In this document: positions 19,825 through 29,217 of the stretch, in pieces
Numbering within the stretch: the first letter of the stretch is position 1
Layout: every line of letters begins with the position of its first letter
DNA from: an uncultured Bacilli bacterium
GTDB lineage: Bacteria; Bacillota_I; Bacilli_A; RFN20; CAG-826
Assembly (NCBI GenBank): GCA_944358985.1
Contig: CALVSI010000005.1
Coordinates: 418 to 64,417 of the forward strand
Direction: 5' to 3'
Length of the DNA: 64,000 nucleotides
Program-made: the position numbers and the translations under genes
Notes under the pieces: generated by a model
What the model was told of the DNA's origin: nothing
Databases searched by the model: none
The model's input: only the letters and a program-made list of their open reading frames with translations

Positions 19825-21027
19825 TTATTTGTTTTTAACAATCGAAAATATTGTTTTTTCTAATTTGTCTAGCACTTCATTTTTAACAAAATTATTTTTG
19901 TAAAATGATTTATTAATTTTACTAGTTATAACAACATGGTTGTTGATTAGATAATTGCAGGATTGATATGGTTTATTTTCATCTATAATAACACCACCAC
20001 CATATTCATTTATTAAATCTTTGCATTCATCATAAGCAAAAGCTAAAATTGGCTTATTATATGCAAAATATGTCACCAATTTTGCTGGTGTGGTAAACGC
20101 CAATTGTTTATCAAGCGAAAAGAAAAATGCATCCGCATCATTATAAAAATTAGGCATATTTATAATAGGTTGTTCATCGTAAATAATAAAATAATTTTCT
20201 AAATTTTCTTTAATTATGTTTGCTTTTAATTCTTCCTTATATGAACCTTCTCCTACAACAATAAATACAAAACGATTGTCGTTTTCTTTTTTAGCAATCA
20301 TAGCAATGTTGATCAAAACATCCAATCTTTGAACAAGACCAATATTGCCTGCATACAAAATTTTAAATTTGTTTTTAGGAGTAGAAATATTCAATTGTTC
20401 ATTTAAGATGTTTTTGTAAAAAATATCCTCCCCAAAATTTGGCATATAAAAAATTTTATTATCGTTTATTCCAAGAGAAGTTAATTTTTGTTTAAATCCT
20501 AAACTAGAAATAAAAATATAATCACTTTGTTTATAAGATTTATTGCTATGTTTAGCGACTGTTTTATAAAAAATAGAATCTTTTTTAATAGATTTTTTAG
20601 CAGCACATAAAGAATCGGGCCAATAATCTAAAATGTAAGTTATGCAAGGTATGTGAAATTTTTTAGCTATTTTTAAGCCAACATAATTAATATAAACTGG
20701 AGATAATTGATAATTTAGCACTACGTCATATTTGTTTTTTAGAAAACTTGCTTTTGTTAATCCAGAAAATAAAAAAGAAATATAACTAAGTCCTAATGAA
20801 AATAAATTGTGCCTTCTTTGTATAGTAAACAATCGATATATATTAGTGTTGTTATATTTTTCTTTTCTTTTTTTAAAAACACCATAACCTTTATAATATT
20901 TGCCAATATGATAATCAGGAATATTACAAATAACATCTACATCGTTTGATTTTGCAAGATGAAAAGCGATATCATTTATTTTAAATTGTTCAGGATAAAA
21001 TCTAGGCGTAACAATTAAAATTTTCAT
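19825..21027 (-). CDS. GT4 glycosyltransferase (CapL/WbuB-like, candidate L-FucNAc transferase)
   Basis: 400 aa, GT-B architecture. Lies directly downstream of the fnlABC-type genes, as capL and wbuB do. Acceptor and donor are not determinable from sequence. Confidence 0.7.
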   Translation of the reverse strand: MKILIVTPRFYPEQFKINDIAFHLAKSNDVDVICNIPDYHIGKYYKGYGVFKKRKEKYNNTNIYRLFTIQRRHNLFSLGLSYISFLFSGLTKASFLKNKYDVVLNYQLSPVYINYVGLKIAKKFHIPCITYILDYWPDSLCAAKKSIKKDSIFYKTVAKHSNKSYKQSDYIFISSLGFKQKLTSLGINDNKIFYMPNFGEDIFYKNILNEQLNISTPKNKFKILYAGNIGLVQRLDVLINIAMIAKKENDNRFVFIVVGEGSYKEELKANIIKENLENYFIIYDEQPIINMPNFYNDADAFFFSLDKQLAFTTPAKLVTYFAYNKPILAFAYDECKDLINEYGGGVIIDENKPYQSCNYLINNHVVITSKINKSFYKNNFVKNEVLDKLEKTIFSIVKNK

Positions 21028-22145
21028 TTTTTATGCCAAACAGTCTTATTAATAATGTTCGTGTAACTTTGAATTATTTTTACAATTTTATCAGAAACAT
21101 CGTCCACTGAATAGTTTTGATTAGGCTTGCCATTATTTCCTATTTCAAGAGCAAGTTGACAAGCCGACAAAACACTATTTTTATCAATGCCACTTATTAT
21201 AATTGTACCATCATCTAATCCTTCGGGTCTTTCGGTAGAAGTTCTAAATAAAATGCCATTAAAATTTAGCATTGAAGATTCTTCAGTTAAAGTGCCGGAA
21301 TCCGATAATACAAACAGTGCATTCGTTTCTAAATTTGTATAATCAATAAATCCAAATGGTTTAACATTATTAACAAGTTCATCAAATTTAAAATCCGTCT
21401 TATTTATCTTTTTCATCGTTCGTGGATGTGTAGAATAAATAATCGGAATATTATATTTTTTTGCAACAGCGTTAATAGAATTAGCTAATAGCATAAAATT
21501 CTCATCAATATCAATGTTCTCTTCGCGGTGTGCCGACACCAAAATATATTCGCGTGGTTTTAAATTTAAACGCTGCAAAACTTGACTATTTTTAATTTTT
21601 TGCATATTTTTTTGCAAAACTTCATACATTGGAGATCCCGTTACAAAAATATTTTTTGCATCGATTCCTTCGTTGATTAAATTCAATTTTGAGTTTTCAA
21701 CATAAACCAAATTTACATCGCTTATGTGATCTACAATAACTCTGTTAGTCATTTCTGCGACATTAAAATCCCAACATCTATTACCTGCTTCCATATGAAA
21801 AATAGGTACTTTTAATCTTTTTGCACTAATTGCAGAAAGCGCGGAATTTGTATCGCCTAAAATCAAAATTGCATCAGGGCTTTCTTTTTTTATAATTTGA
21901 TAACTTTTATCAATAATATTTCCTATTGTTTGCCCTAAATTTTCGCCAGCACAATTTAAATAATAATTAGGCTTTCTTAAATCTAATTCTTTGAAAAAAA
22001 TATCATATAATTCATAATCATAATTTTGTCCTGTATGAACTAAAATGTGTTCAAAACATTTATCACATTTTTTGATAATTTCACTTAGACGGATTATTTC
22101 TGGCCTGGTACCAAGAATGGTCATTAATTTCAATTTTTCTTTCAT
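21024..22145 (-). CDS. fnlC: UDP-N-acetylglucosamine 2-epimerase, non-hydrolysing (CapG/FnlC/WbjD-like)
   Basis: 373 aa. ILGTRPEIIRL, HTGQNYD and GDTNS motifs of the WecB-type epimerase family. Third gene of an E-F-G-type triad. Confidence 0.82.
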   Translation of the reverse strand: MKEKLKLMTILGTRPEIIRLSEIIKKCDKCFEHILVHTGQNYDYELYDIFFKELDLRKPNYYLNCAGENLGQTIGNIIDKSYQIIKKESPDAILILGDTNSALSAISAKRLKVPIFHMEAGNRCWDFNVAEMTNRVIVDHISDVNLVYVENSKLNLINEGIDAKNIFVTGSPMYEVLQKNMQKIKNSQVLQRLNLKPREYILVSAHREENIDIDENFMLLANSINAVAKKYNIPIIYSTHPRTMKKINKTDFKFDELVNNVKPFGFIDYTNLETNALFVLSDSGTLTEESSMLNFNGILFRTSTERPEGLDDGTIIISGIDKNSVLSACQLALEIGNNGKPNQNYSVDDVSDKIVKIIQSYTNIINKTVWHKK

Positions 22146-22146
22146 A

Positions 22147-23244
22147 TTAAACCTTTAATTTATATGTGTCTGAATGAGATTCATTAAATACTTCACTACA
22201 ATAAATTATAAGCGAACAGACGTCTTTTGTGTTATTAATTATTTCATGAGTATATCCTGGAATAATTGTTAATACTTTGTTATCCCCTTCTTTTAAGTTA
22301 TATTCTATAATCTTTTTTTCTAATATTTTTCTTAAACGAACCATGCATTCGCCTTTCACACAAATAAATTTTTCAATTTTTATATTATGATAATGTTCAC
22401 CTTTTACTTTACCTGGATTAATTACATTTAAAGATACTTGTCCAAATGGTTCTTTAAATAATTCAGCAAACATACCTCTTTCATCTAAATTTGTTTTTAA
22501 TAAACTATAAAAATCCTTTTCTTCTAAATAAGAAATATATGTTGAATACATTTTTTTAATAAATTCATCATTAAAATCAATGTCATGATAATTATTGTGC
22601 TTAAAATTATTTAATAAATCAAATAAGTTTTTTACCATTATTTTTGTTGTTGGTGCAAAACTAATTATTGAATCTGAACCAGCATATTTTTCTTGCTCTA
22701 ATATAGCAACAATATTTTTACAAACATCATCGATATGAATAAGATCCAATTCTTTATTTTCATCAAAAACATTTGTTGGCAAGTTATTTAAAATATTATA
22801 AGAAAATGTTGCGACAACAGAATTGTAATTAGGTTTACACCATTTACCAAATACATTATCCAAACGAACAACATAAACTGGGAAATTATATGTTTTAGAC
22901 ATCTTAAATAAAAGATTTTCAGCTTGCTTTTTTGAAAGACCATAATCAGAATTTTCGGTAACTTTTATAGAGGAAGCATAAAGAATAGGTGTGTGTTTAT
23001 TTGAATTAATCAAAATATAAATAATTTGTGAAATAAGTGTGACGTTTCCCCGATAAAAATCATTGCTGTTTCTACTTTTGTTAATGCCCGCTAAATGAAC
23101 AATAAAATCAGCTTGCAAAACATAATCAGTTAAATTATTTTGATTATCTAAATCTAATAATAACAGTTCATAGTTTAAATTCTTTAACCAAGTTGTTAAA
23201 TTTTTTCCAATAAAACCACTACTTCCAGTTATTAAAATTTTCAT
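22147..23244 (-). CDS. fnlB: UDP-2-acetamido-2,6-dideoxy-hexulose reductase, SDR plus C-terminal cupin (CapF/FnlB/WbjC-like)
   Basis: 365 aa. N-terminal Rossmann motif ITGSSGFIGKNL plus a C-terminal cupin (GEHYHNIKIEKF...PGYTHEIIN). This two-domain layout is characteristic of CapF. Confidence 0.8.
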   Translation of the reverse strand: MKILITGSSGFIGKNLTTWLKNLNYELLLLDLDNQNNLTDYVLQADFIVHLAGINKSRNSNDFYRGNVTLISQIIYILINSNKHTPILYASSIKVTENSDYGLSKKQAENLLFKMSKTYNFPVYVVRLDNVFGKWCKPNYNSVVATFSYNILNNLPTNVFDENKELDLIHIDDVCKNIVAILEQEKYAGSDSIISFAPTTKIMVKNLFDLLNNFKHNNYHDIDFNDEFIKKMYSTYISYLEEKDFYSLLKTNLDERGMFAELFKEPFGQVSLNVINPGKVKGEHYHNIKIEKFICVKGECMVRLRKILEKKIIEYNLKEGDNKVLTIIPGYTHEIINNTKDVCSLIIYCSEVFNESHSDTYKLKV

Positions 23245-23247
23245 CGT

Positions 23248-24264
23248 TTATTCCTTAGGAAACTCTTTAAATATATTAAGTGTTAATAATAGTTTTTTTA
23301 ATTCTTCTTTGTTTAACCTTTTTGTATTATGTGAAGTATATGCTTCATAATTCAAATTACTTTTAGCAATGCTTTCCTTGCTATGAAGGTGGTAGTTTAA
23401 ATCGCGATTATCTGGAACGATTTTATAAAAACGTTCATAAGAAACCGCTCTAAACATTTCTTCACTGCTAATTAATGTTTCATATAATTTTTCGCCATGA
23501 CGGGTTCCTATATAATTTTTCTTAACATTGGAGTGGGTAATTTCAAGAATCGCATCAGCTAAAGTGTCAATAGTGGCTGCAGGATCTTTTTTAACAAATA
23601 AATCACCTTGCTCACCATATTCAAAAGCATATAAAACCAAATCTAATGCTTCATCTAAACTCATCATAAATCTGGTCATATCTGGGTTAGTAATTGTTAA
23701 AGGTTTATTTTGTTTGATTTGATTTAAAAACAACGGAATAACAGATCCTCTTGAACCCATTACATTCCCATATCTTGTTAAACACAAAATGGTTTCATCT
23801 TTTTTTAATTTTTGGCTTATCGCAATAACGTTTTTTTCCATTAAAGCTTTGCTCATTCCCATAACATTGATCGGATAGACAGCCTTATCTGTTGATAAAA
23901 ACACTGCTTTCTTGACATGATATTTTAAGCATGCTTTTATCACGTTATCTGAACCTAAAACATTCGTTTTTACTGCTTCAATAGGAAAAAATTCACAAGA
24001 AGGAACTTGTTTTAGTGCTGCTGCGTGGAAAACATAATCTACATTTTTAAAAGCACATTCAATTGAATTAAAATCTCTAACATCTCCAATATAAAATTTT
24101 AAACGATTATCATCATAAAAAGTACGCATCAAATCTTGTTTTGCTTCATCACGAGACAAAATCCTAATTTCTTTAATATTTGTCTTTAGAAACTTTTGGC
24201 AAGCTGCGTTTCCAAAAGAACCAGTACCACCTGTAATTAAAATTGTTTTCCCACTAAAATCCAT
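23248..24264 (-). CDS. fnlA: UDP-GlcNAc 4,6-dehydratase/5-epimerase (CapE/FnlA/WbjB-like)
   Basis: 338 aa. ILITGGTGSFGNA Rossmann motif and the MGMSKAL catalytic region typical of the CapE/FlaA1 subgroup. Confidence 0.82.
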   Translation of the reverse strand: MDFSGKTILITGGTGSFGNAACQKFLKTNIKEIRILSRDEAKQDLMRTFYDDNRLKFYIGDVRDFNSIECAFKNVDYVFHAAALKQVPSCEFFPIEAVKTNVLGSDNVIKACLKYHVKKAVFLSTDKAVYPINVMGMSKALMEKNVIAISQKLKKDETILCLTRYGNVMGSRGSVIPLFLNQIKQNKPLTITNPDMTRFMMSLDEALDLVLYAFEYGEQGDLFVKKDPAATIDTLADAILEITHSNVKKNYIGTRHGEKLYETLISSEEMFRAVSYERFYKIVPDNRDLNYHLHSKESIAKSNLNYEAYTSHNTKRLNKEELKKLLLTLNIFKEFPKE

Positions 24265-24282
24265 CGGTTTTCCCCTTTTGTT

Positions 24283-25491
24283 TTAATCTCGTCTAAATAA
24301 ATCGCGTGTAAATACCTTATCTTTGACATCATCAAGTTCGATGTTATACCTATTCGCTACTATCAAATCGGCTTTGTTTTTAAAATCATTTAAATTGTTA
24401 ATGACTTTGCTATTAAAAAATAGTTTATCTTTATATGTGGGCTCATAAACGATTACATCAATTCCTTTTGATTTTAATCGTTTCATTATTCCTTGAATAG
24501 AACTCATTTTATAATTATCAGATCCACTTTTCATTGTTAAACGATAAATGCCAACACAAAAAGAATCGTTTCCATCATTTTTAAAATTTAATCTTTTTAA
24601 TATCTCATCACAAATAAAATCTTTTCTCGTTTTATTTGAATCCACAACCGCACTTATTAAATTATTAGGGACATCATTAAAATTTGCCCTCAATTGTTTG
24701 GTGTCTTTTGGTAAGCAATATCCACCATAGCCAAATGAAGGATTGTTATAAAAATCTCCAATTCGTGGATCATCACAAACACCTTCAATAATGTCTTTAG
24801 CATTTAAATTTTTAGAAAGCGCATATGAATCTAGTTCGTTAAAAAAGGAGATTCTAGTTGCTAAGTAAGTATTAGCAAACAATTTAACTGCTTCGGCTTC
24901 TGAATATTTATAAATATGATTTTTGCAATCTTTTTTCATGCCACAACCTAGCATTAAATTTATTATTTTTTTTGCAAATTCAAGATATTTTTTTTCTTTT
25001 TTATAAACTCCCACTATTATTCGAGTGGGATATAAGCAATCGTGCAAGGCTTTTCCTTCTCTTAAAAATTCAGGAACAAAATATATATCATCATAATTAA
25101 ATTTTTTAACTAACTCATCGCAATATCCAACAGGTATAGTTGACTTTATGATAATTTTAGCGTTTTTATTTAGTGTCAATATATCATGTATTGTTGATTC
25201 AACACTTGATGTGTCAAAATAATTTTTAACAGGATCATAGTTCGTCGGTGTGGCAATGAATATCATGTCCATATCTTTATAATATTTTTTGCCATCTGTA
25301 TCAGCTCTTAGGTTGAGTGTTTTTGTCTTATAATACTCTATAATATCAGGATCAAAAAAATGTGCTTGACGATTATTTATTGCTTCGACAACGTTTTTAT
25401 TTATATCGATAGCGTATGTTTCGTGTTTTAAAGAAAACATTACTGCATTTGACAAACCAACATATCCTGTTCCTACGACTGCTATTTTCAT
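24283..25491 (-). CDS. ugd: UDP-glucose 6-dehydrogenase
   Basis: 402 aa from ATG 25491; the track start at 25497 is a TTG. MKIAVVGTGYVG Rossmann motif and the catalytic Cys region GYGGYCLPKD. Confidence 0.92.
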   Translation of the reverse strand: MKIAVVGTGYVGLSNAVMFSLKHETYAIDINKNVVEAINNRQAHFFDPDIIEYYKTKTLNLRADTDGKKYYKDMDMIFIATPTNYDPVKNYFDTSSVESTIHDILTLNKNAKIIIKSTIPVGYCDELVKKFNYDDIYFVPEFLREGKALHDCLYPTRIIVGVYKKEKKYLEFAKKIINLMLGCGMKKDCKNHIYKYSEAEAVKLFANTYLATRISFFNELDSYALSKNLNAKDIIEGVCDDPRIGDFYNNPSFGYGGYCLPKDTKQLRANFNDVPNNLISAVVDSNKTRKDFICDEILKRLNFKNDGNDSFCVGIYRLTMKSGSDNYKMSSIQGIMKRLKSKGIDVIVYEPTYKDKLFFNSKVINNLNDFKNKADLIVANRYNIELDDVKDKVFTRDLFRRD

Positions 25492-25513
25492 ATACAAATA
25501 TATCCTAACATAA

Positions 25514-26524
25514 TTATTTTAAATAATATTGTTTATACCAAACAATAAATTTCTCTATTCCATCTTTCAAAGATGTTTTTGGGCAGAACTCAAAATCATT
25601 TTCTAACTTCTCGGTGTCAGCGTATGTTTGGTAAACATCTCCTGGTTGCATTGGCAAATATTTTGGTTCTGGGATTTTTAAAATCATTTGATGTTTTAAT
25701 AAACATTCGCCAATGGTATTATAAAAATCTCTTAGATTTTCAGGATGATGATTGCCGATATTATATACCTGATATGGTAAATTATCTTCGTTTAATTTGA
25801 CGTTTGAACAAATAATTTTTGAAATTGTTATACATACGTCATCGATATATGTAAAGTCTCTATACATATCCCCATTATTAAACAATGTTATTTGTTCATT
25901 TCTTAACATTTTATTTGTAAATGAAAAATAAGCCATATCTGGTCTACCGTAAGGACCATAAGCTGTAAAAAATCTTAATCCAGTACAAGGAATGCCATAT
26001 AGTTTGCAATATGCATAAGCAAATTGCTCGTTAGTTAATTTACTAGCAGCATATAATGATACGGGTTTGCTAGTCTTATCTTTTTCAGAATAAGGCACTT
26101 TTTGATTATTGCCATAAATTGAAGATGAGGAGGCATAAATAAGATGTTTAACACTACTAGTGTGTCTAACACATTCTAAGATATTATAAAAACCAATCAC
26201 GTTACTTTGTATATATGCATCCGGATTTGAAATAGAATATCTAACACCAGCTTGAGCTGCTAAATTAATAACAATATCAAAATTGAATTCTTTAAATAAA
26301 TCATCTAAATCTTGTTTATTAGAAATATCCATTTTCAAAAAAGAAAAATTAGAATACTTTTTCAAAATTTTTATCCGATTTAATTTTAAATTTACATCGT
26401 AGTAATCGTTTAAATTATCAATGCCAATAATTGTATAATCAAAATTATGTTCGTATAAATAATTTATCAACGAAAAACCAATAAAACCGGCAGCACCCGT
26501 AACTAAAATTGTTTTGTTAGTCAT
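25514..26524 (-). CDS. NAD-dependent epimerase, UDP-glucuronate 4-epimerase-like
   Basis: 336 aa. VTGAAGFIG, ASSSSIYG and YAASK SDR motifs. Adjacent to ugd, as in the Cap1J/UGlcAE family. Confidence 0.8.
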   Translation of the reverse strand: MTNKTILVTGAAGFIGFSLINYLYEHNFDYTIIGIDNLNDYYDVNLKLNRIKILKKYSNFSFLKMDISNKQDLDDLFKEFNFDIVINLAAQAGVRYSISNPDAYIQSNVIGFYNILECVRHTSSVKHLIYASSSSIYGNNQKVPYSEKDKTSKPVSLYAASKLTNEQFAYAYCKLYGIPCTGLRFFTAYGPYGRPDMAYFSFTNKMLRNEQITLFNNGDMYRDFTYIDDVCITISKIICSNVKLNEDNLPYQVYNIGNHHPENLRDFYNTIGECLLKHQMILKIPEPKYLPMQPGDVYQTYADTEKLENDFEFCPKTSLKDGIEKFIVWYKQYYLK

Positions 26525-26566
26525 AATGCGATTCCAAATATAATATAAATTTCAAAATTTATAAAA

Positions 26567-27232
26567 TTAGAAAAATACTCCTCTAGCTTGTTCTTTAATC
26601 TCACTAGTGGTTGCGAATGGAATACGTGTTGTATATCCTTGTTTGGCCGCGACAATCATCTTTGTAGGCCAAGCATTAATATCTCTATTCCAAGCATTAA
26701 CAGTATCATTATAAACATCTCTTGCTGCAGTAATTTCTTTTTGTAAATAAGAGTTTTGACTTAAAACATCTGCGATTTCATTATGAGCTTTTAAATCAGG
26801 ATAATTTTCAAAAGCAAGATTAATTTTGGTTCCAACAGAATCTATTTTGCTAGCAATTTCATTTCTTGCTTCATCATCGTTATGATTTCCACCACGATAA
26901 GCTGCGATTTGAACCATTGTTTCTTTATCTAAATCAATAGCCTTGTCTAATAATTTGGCAGCGTTTGTCAAAATCATAACACGTTGTTCCAAATAATTAT
27001 CAATTTGAGAAGCGTCATGTTGAATTTTTTGTTCTAATTGTCTTAAATAATTGCCTGCTTTAATTTTCATAAACAGAAAAATAACACCAGGAATAATACC
27101 TAACACCCAAAGCATGACTTCAAAAAACTTAGAACCCCAGCCAACTTTGATAGGGATTTGTTTTGCAATTACGTTTACATCTCTTCCTTGTTCAAGGGTT
27201 GGTCCATTCATTTCATCTAATTGATTTGCCAT
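26567..27232 (-). CDS. lemA: LemA family membrane protein
   Basis: 221 aa from ATG 27232, with GGAGGT 8 nt upstream. The track start at 27271 would overlap the upstream gene and has no SD. One TM (WVLGIIPGVIFLFM) followed by LemA helical-bundle sequence (YLEQRVMILTNAAKLL..., AHNEIADVLSQ..., AARDVYNDTVNAWN). Confidence 0.88.
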   Translation of the reverse strand: MANQLDEMNGPTLEQGRDVNVIAKQIPIKVGWGSKFFEVMLWVLGIIPGVIFLFMKIKAGNYLRQLEQKIQHDASQIDNYLEQRVMILTNAAKLLDKAIDLDKETMVQIAAYRGGNHNDDEARNEIASKIDSVGTKINLAFENYPDLKAHNEIADVLSQNSYLQKEITAARDVYNDTVNAWNRDINAWPTKMIVAAKQGYTTRIPFATTSEIKEQARGVFF

Positions 27233-27248
27233 AATTTGTAACCTCCAA

Positions 27249-29102
27249 TTAATTTTCTTCTTTTTTGGCAAGTAGTGAATTAAAAAGATTATTTAATTCA
27301 TCATCGCCACTATTAGTATAATCTTGATCTAGCAAAAATGCTAGTAAACCCCTTTCAAAATGATGAACGCCTTTTTTGTTATATTTCGAGAAATATTCAT
27401 ATATTTTATCAGAAACAGAATCCATAGATGGTTTGTCACTTGAAATTTTTTTAACACCAATAAGTGAATCTTTTTTAACTTCAATATATTCATTCCAAGG
27501 AACAGGAACAGCGTGGCTTCGACCATCACCACCAAAAACATAAACATAATCAACACGTGGAATCGCTTTATAAGAATACGCACATACTTTTATTTTGTCA
27601 GTATTTTTATCCGAAGATAAATAAGATGTTTTCAATATAACATCTGTCGCACTTTCATCGGGTCTAAAATTTTGCCATCCAAGACGATTGGCCATTACTT
27701 CATCTTCATAGTTTGTATAATTTTGTTTAAACTTTTTTTCGTATATGTATTCACGAGATTTTTGCTGTTGATATAAAGGAATAGATAATATTGGAACCAT
27801 ATCAAAGTAAAATCCTTCAAAATAATTACATAAATAATTGACAAAATTATCACGCATCACTTTAACATCATAACCATAAAATCTTTCTGGATAAGCATAT
27901 ACATCGTTTTTTTGTGTATGATTAGAAACAATAAAATTTAAACATTTTTTCTTTTCAAAAATGAAGTCATCACCAAATGGTTTTTGGCTTTTTAAAAGCT
28001 CGATATAATTTTTTTGAGCAAGAGGTGTAAACAATAATCTAAATTCAACTTCATTATTTCTATTTTCTGCATTAAAAAGAGCTTCGAATTCTTCATTAGA
28101 CATCATGGTGAAATTTTTGCCTTCCGAAACAGCTTTTTCTGCTTTGTCTTTTAAATTTTCAATTCGGTCTTTAACTAATTTTTTAATAGCTTTTTCATTC
28201 TTACCTAATGTTCCAGAAGGGTTTCTTGAAAAAGTAAGTTTTGGTGCAGCATCATTTCCATAAACTAAATATGTATTATATGAATAATAAGGGTATGGCT
28301 TTGAAACAGACGCTGTTAGGGTTTGAGTTCTAGTTACTAAATGCGTGCGACCTTTGCTATCACTTACAGTTTCTGTCCAATGAATAACGATTGAGCCAGT
28401 GTAAACTTTACTTCCCATACTTTCGTTTAAATTTCTAACAAAAAGAAAAGGGTTTCCAATGATAGATCCGGATAACACAAAATGAGTTGATGTATGTTTA
28501 TCAGTAATATTTCCAAAGTTATATTTTTCGTTTAAATAAGTAAATTTTTCAATATCAAAATAATCATCAACTTGTATTAATGGCGTTGTTTTTCTAATTA
28601 TTTTTGCTGGAATATTATAATCAAAAAGTTTTAAAAGAGGTTGGATTTGCTTAGATAATAAATCAAATTGCTCAGTAATTTTAGCTTGCAATTTGTTTCT
28701 TTTGGCTTCAAGTTTTGAGGCTTTGCTTTTAACAACAACCGCTAAAACGATAGCGCCAATAATTATTAATCCAATTCCAACAAACAACAAAATTAAAGAA
28801 ATATACATTTCAAACAAATCTGTTGCAAGACCAATTATTCCAACTATTAATGATATCGCTCCAAATATAACAAAAAGAATCATGAACGTTTTTAACACGT
28901 TGTTTTTTAAAATCTCTTTGTTTGTTTTTTCTAAAGCTGTTTTATATTTGTTGTATTCCTTAACTAGGCGTGCATTTTCGTTTTCATCAACTTTTGATTC
29001 TTTTAATAATTCATCAAAATATTTTATGGCGTTTTCCTTAAATTGATTTTTTAAAGTTGAATTATAAAGCTTGACTGGTTCTAAAATTGATAAATCTTCC
29101 AT
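27249..29102 (-). CDS. uncharacterised membrane protein (coiled coil, TM hairpin, about 470-aa C-terminal domain), co-transcribed with lemA
   Basis: 617 aa from ATG 29102. The 16-codon upstream extension in the track begins with TTG inside a TTGTATAAT promoter-like sequence. The N-terminal 70 aa are Lys/Glu-rich, TM helices lie at about aa 72-94 and 99-124, and a second coiled coil follows. I recognise no motif in the remainder. Confidence 0.8.
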   Translation of the reverse strand: MEDLSILEPVKLYNSTLKNQFKENAIKYFDELLKESKVDENENARLVKEYNKYKTALEKTNKEILKNNVLKTFMILFVIFGAISLIVGIIGLATDLFEMYISLILLFVGIGLIIIGAIVLAVVVKSKASKLEAKRNKLQAKITEQFDLLSKQIQPLLKLFDYNIPAKIIRKTTPLIQVDDYFDIEKFTYLNEKYNFGNITDKHTSTHFVLSGSIIGNPFLFVRNLNESMGSKVYTGSIVIHWTETVSDSKGRTHLVTRTQTLTASVSKPYPYYSYNTYLVYGNDAAPKLTFSRNPSGTLGKNEKAIKKLVKDRIENLKDKAEKAVSEGKNFTMMSNEEFEALFNAENRNNEVEFRLLFTPLAQKNYIELLKSQKPFGDDFIFEKKKCLNFIVSNHTQKNDVYAYPERFYGYDVKVMRDNFVNYLCNYFEGFYFDMVPILSIPLYQQQKSREYIYEKKFKQNYTNYEDEVMANRLGWQNFRPDESATDVILKTSYLSSDKNTDKIKVCAYSYKAIPRVDYVYVFGGDGRSHAVPVPWNEYIEVKKDSLIGVKKISSDKPSMDSVSDKIYEYFSKYNKKGVHHFERGLLAFLLDQDYTNSGDDELNNLFNSLLAKKEEN

Positions 29103-29217
29103 AGTTGTAGTATAAAATATTTTTATTTGATAAAAAATAGGATTATACAAAAACTTATGTTTTTTGTATTAGATTTTCATTAAGTTGTTTGTTAAAATCT
29201 AAACGTTGGTGAACACT

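Noticed and set aside
26545-26562. Palindrome ATAAATTT-CA-AAATTTAT between lemA and the epimerase gene, considered as a terminator.
   Set aside because: The stem is AT-only and no T run follows on the minus strand, so it is not a convincing intrinsic terminator. Read-through into the glycan genes therefore remains possible.
27341-27583. 80-aa same-strand ORF in another frame inside the 617-aa gene.
   Set aside because: It is embedded in a longer ORF with coherent membrane-protein features. It has no SD and is hydrophobic junk typical of an off-frame reading.
29103-29150. 16-codon N-terminal extension of the 633-aa track ORF (MYNPIFYQIKIFYTTT).
   Set aside because: It starts with TTG inside TTGTATAAT, which reads better as a promoter -10. 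The peptide is AT-codon filler. ATG 29102 follows a TATACT box by 6 nt.
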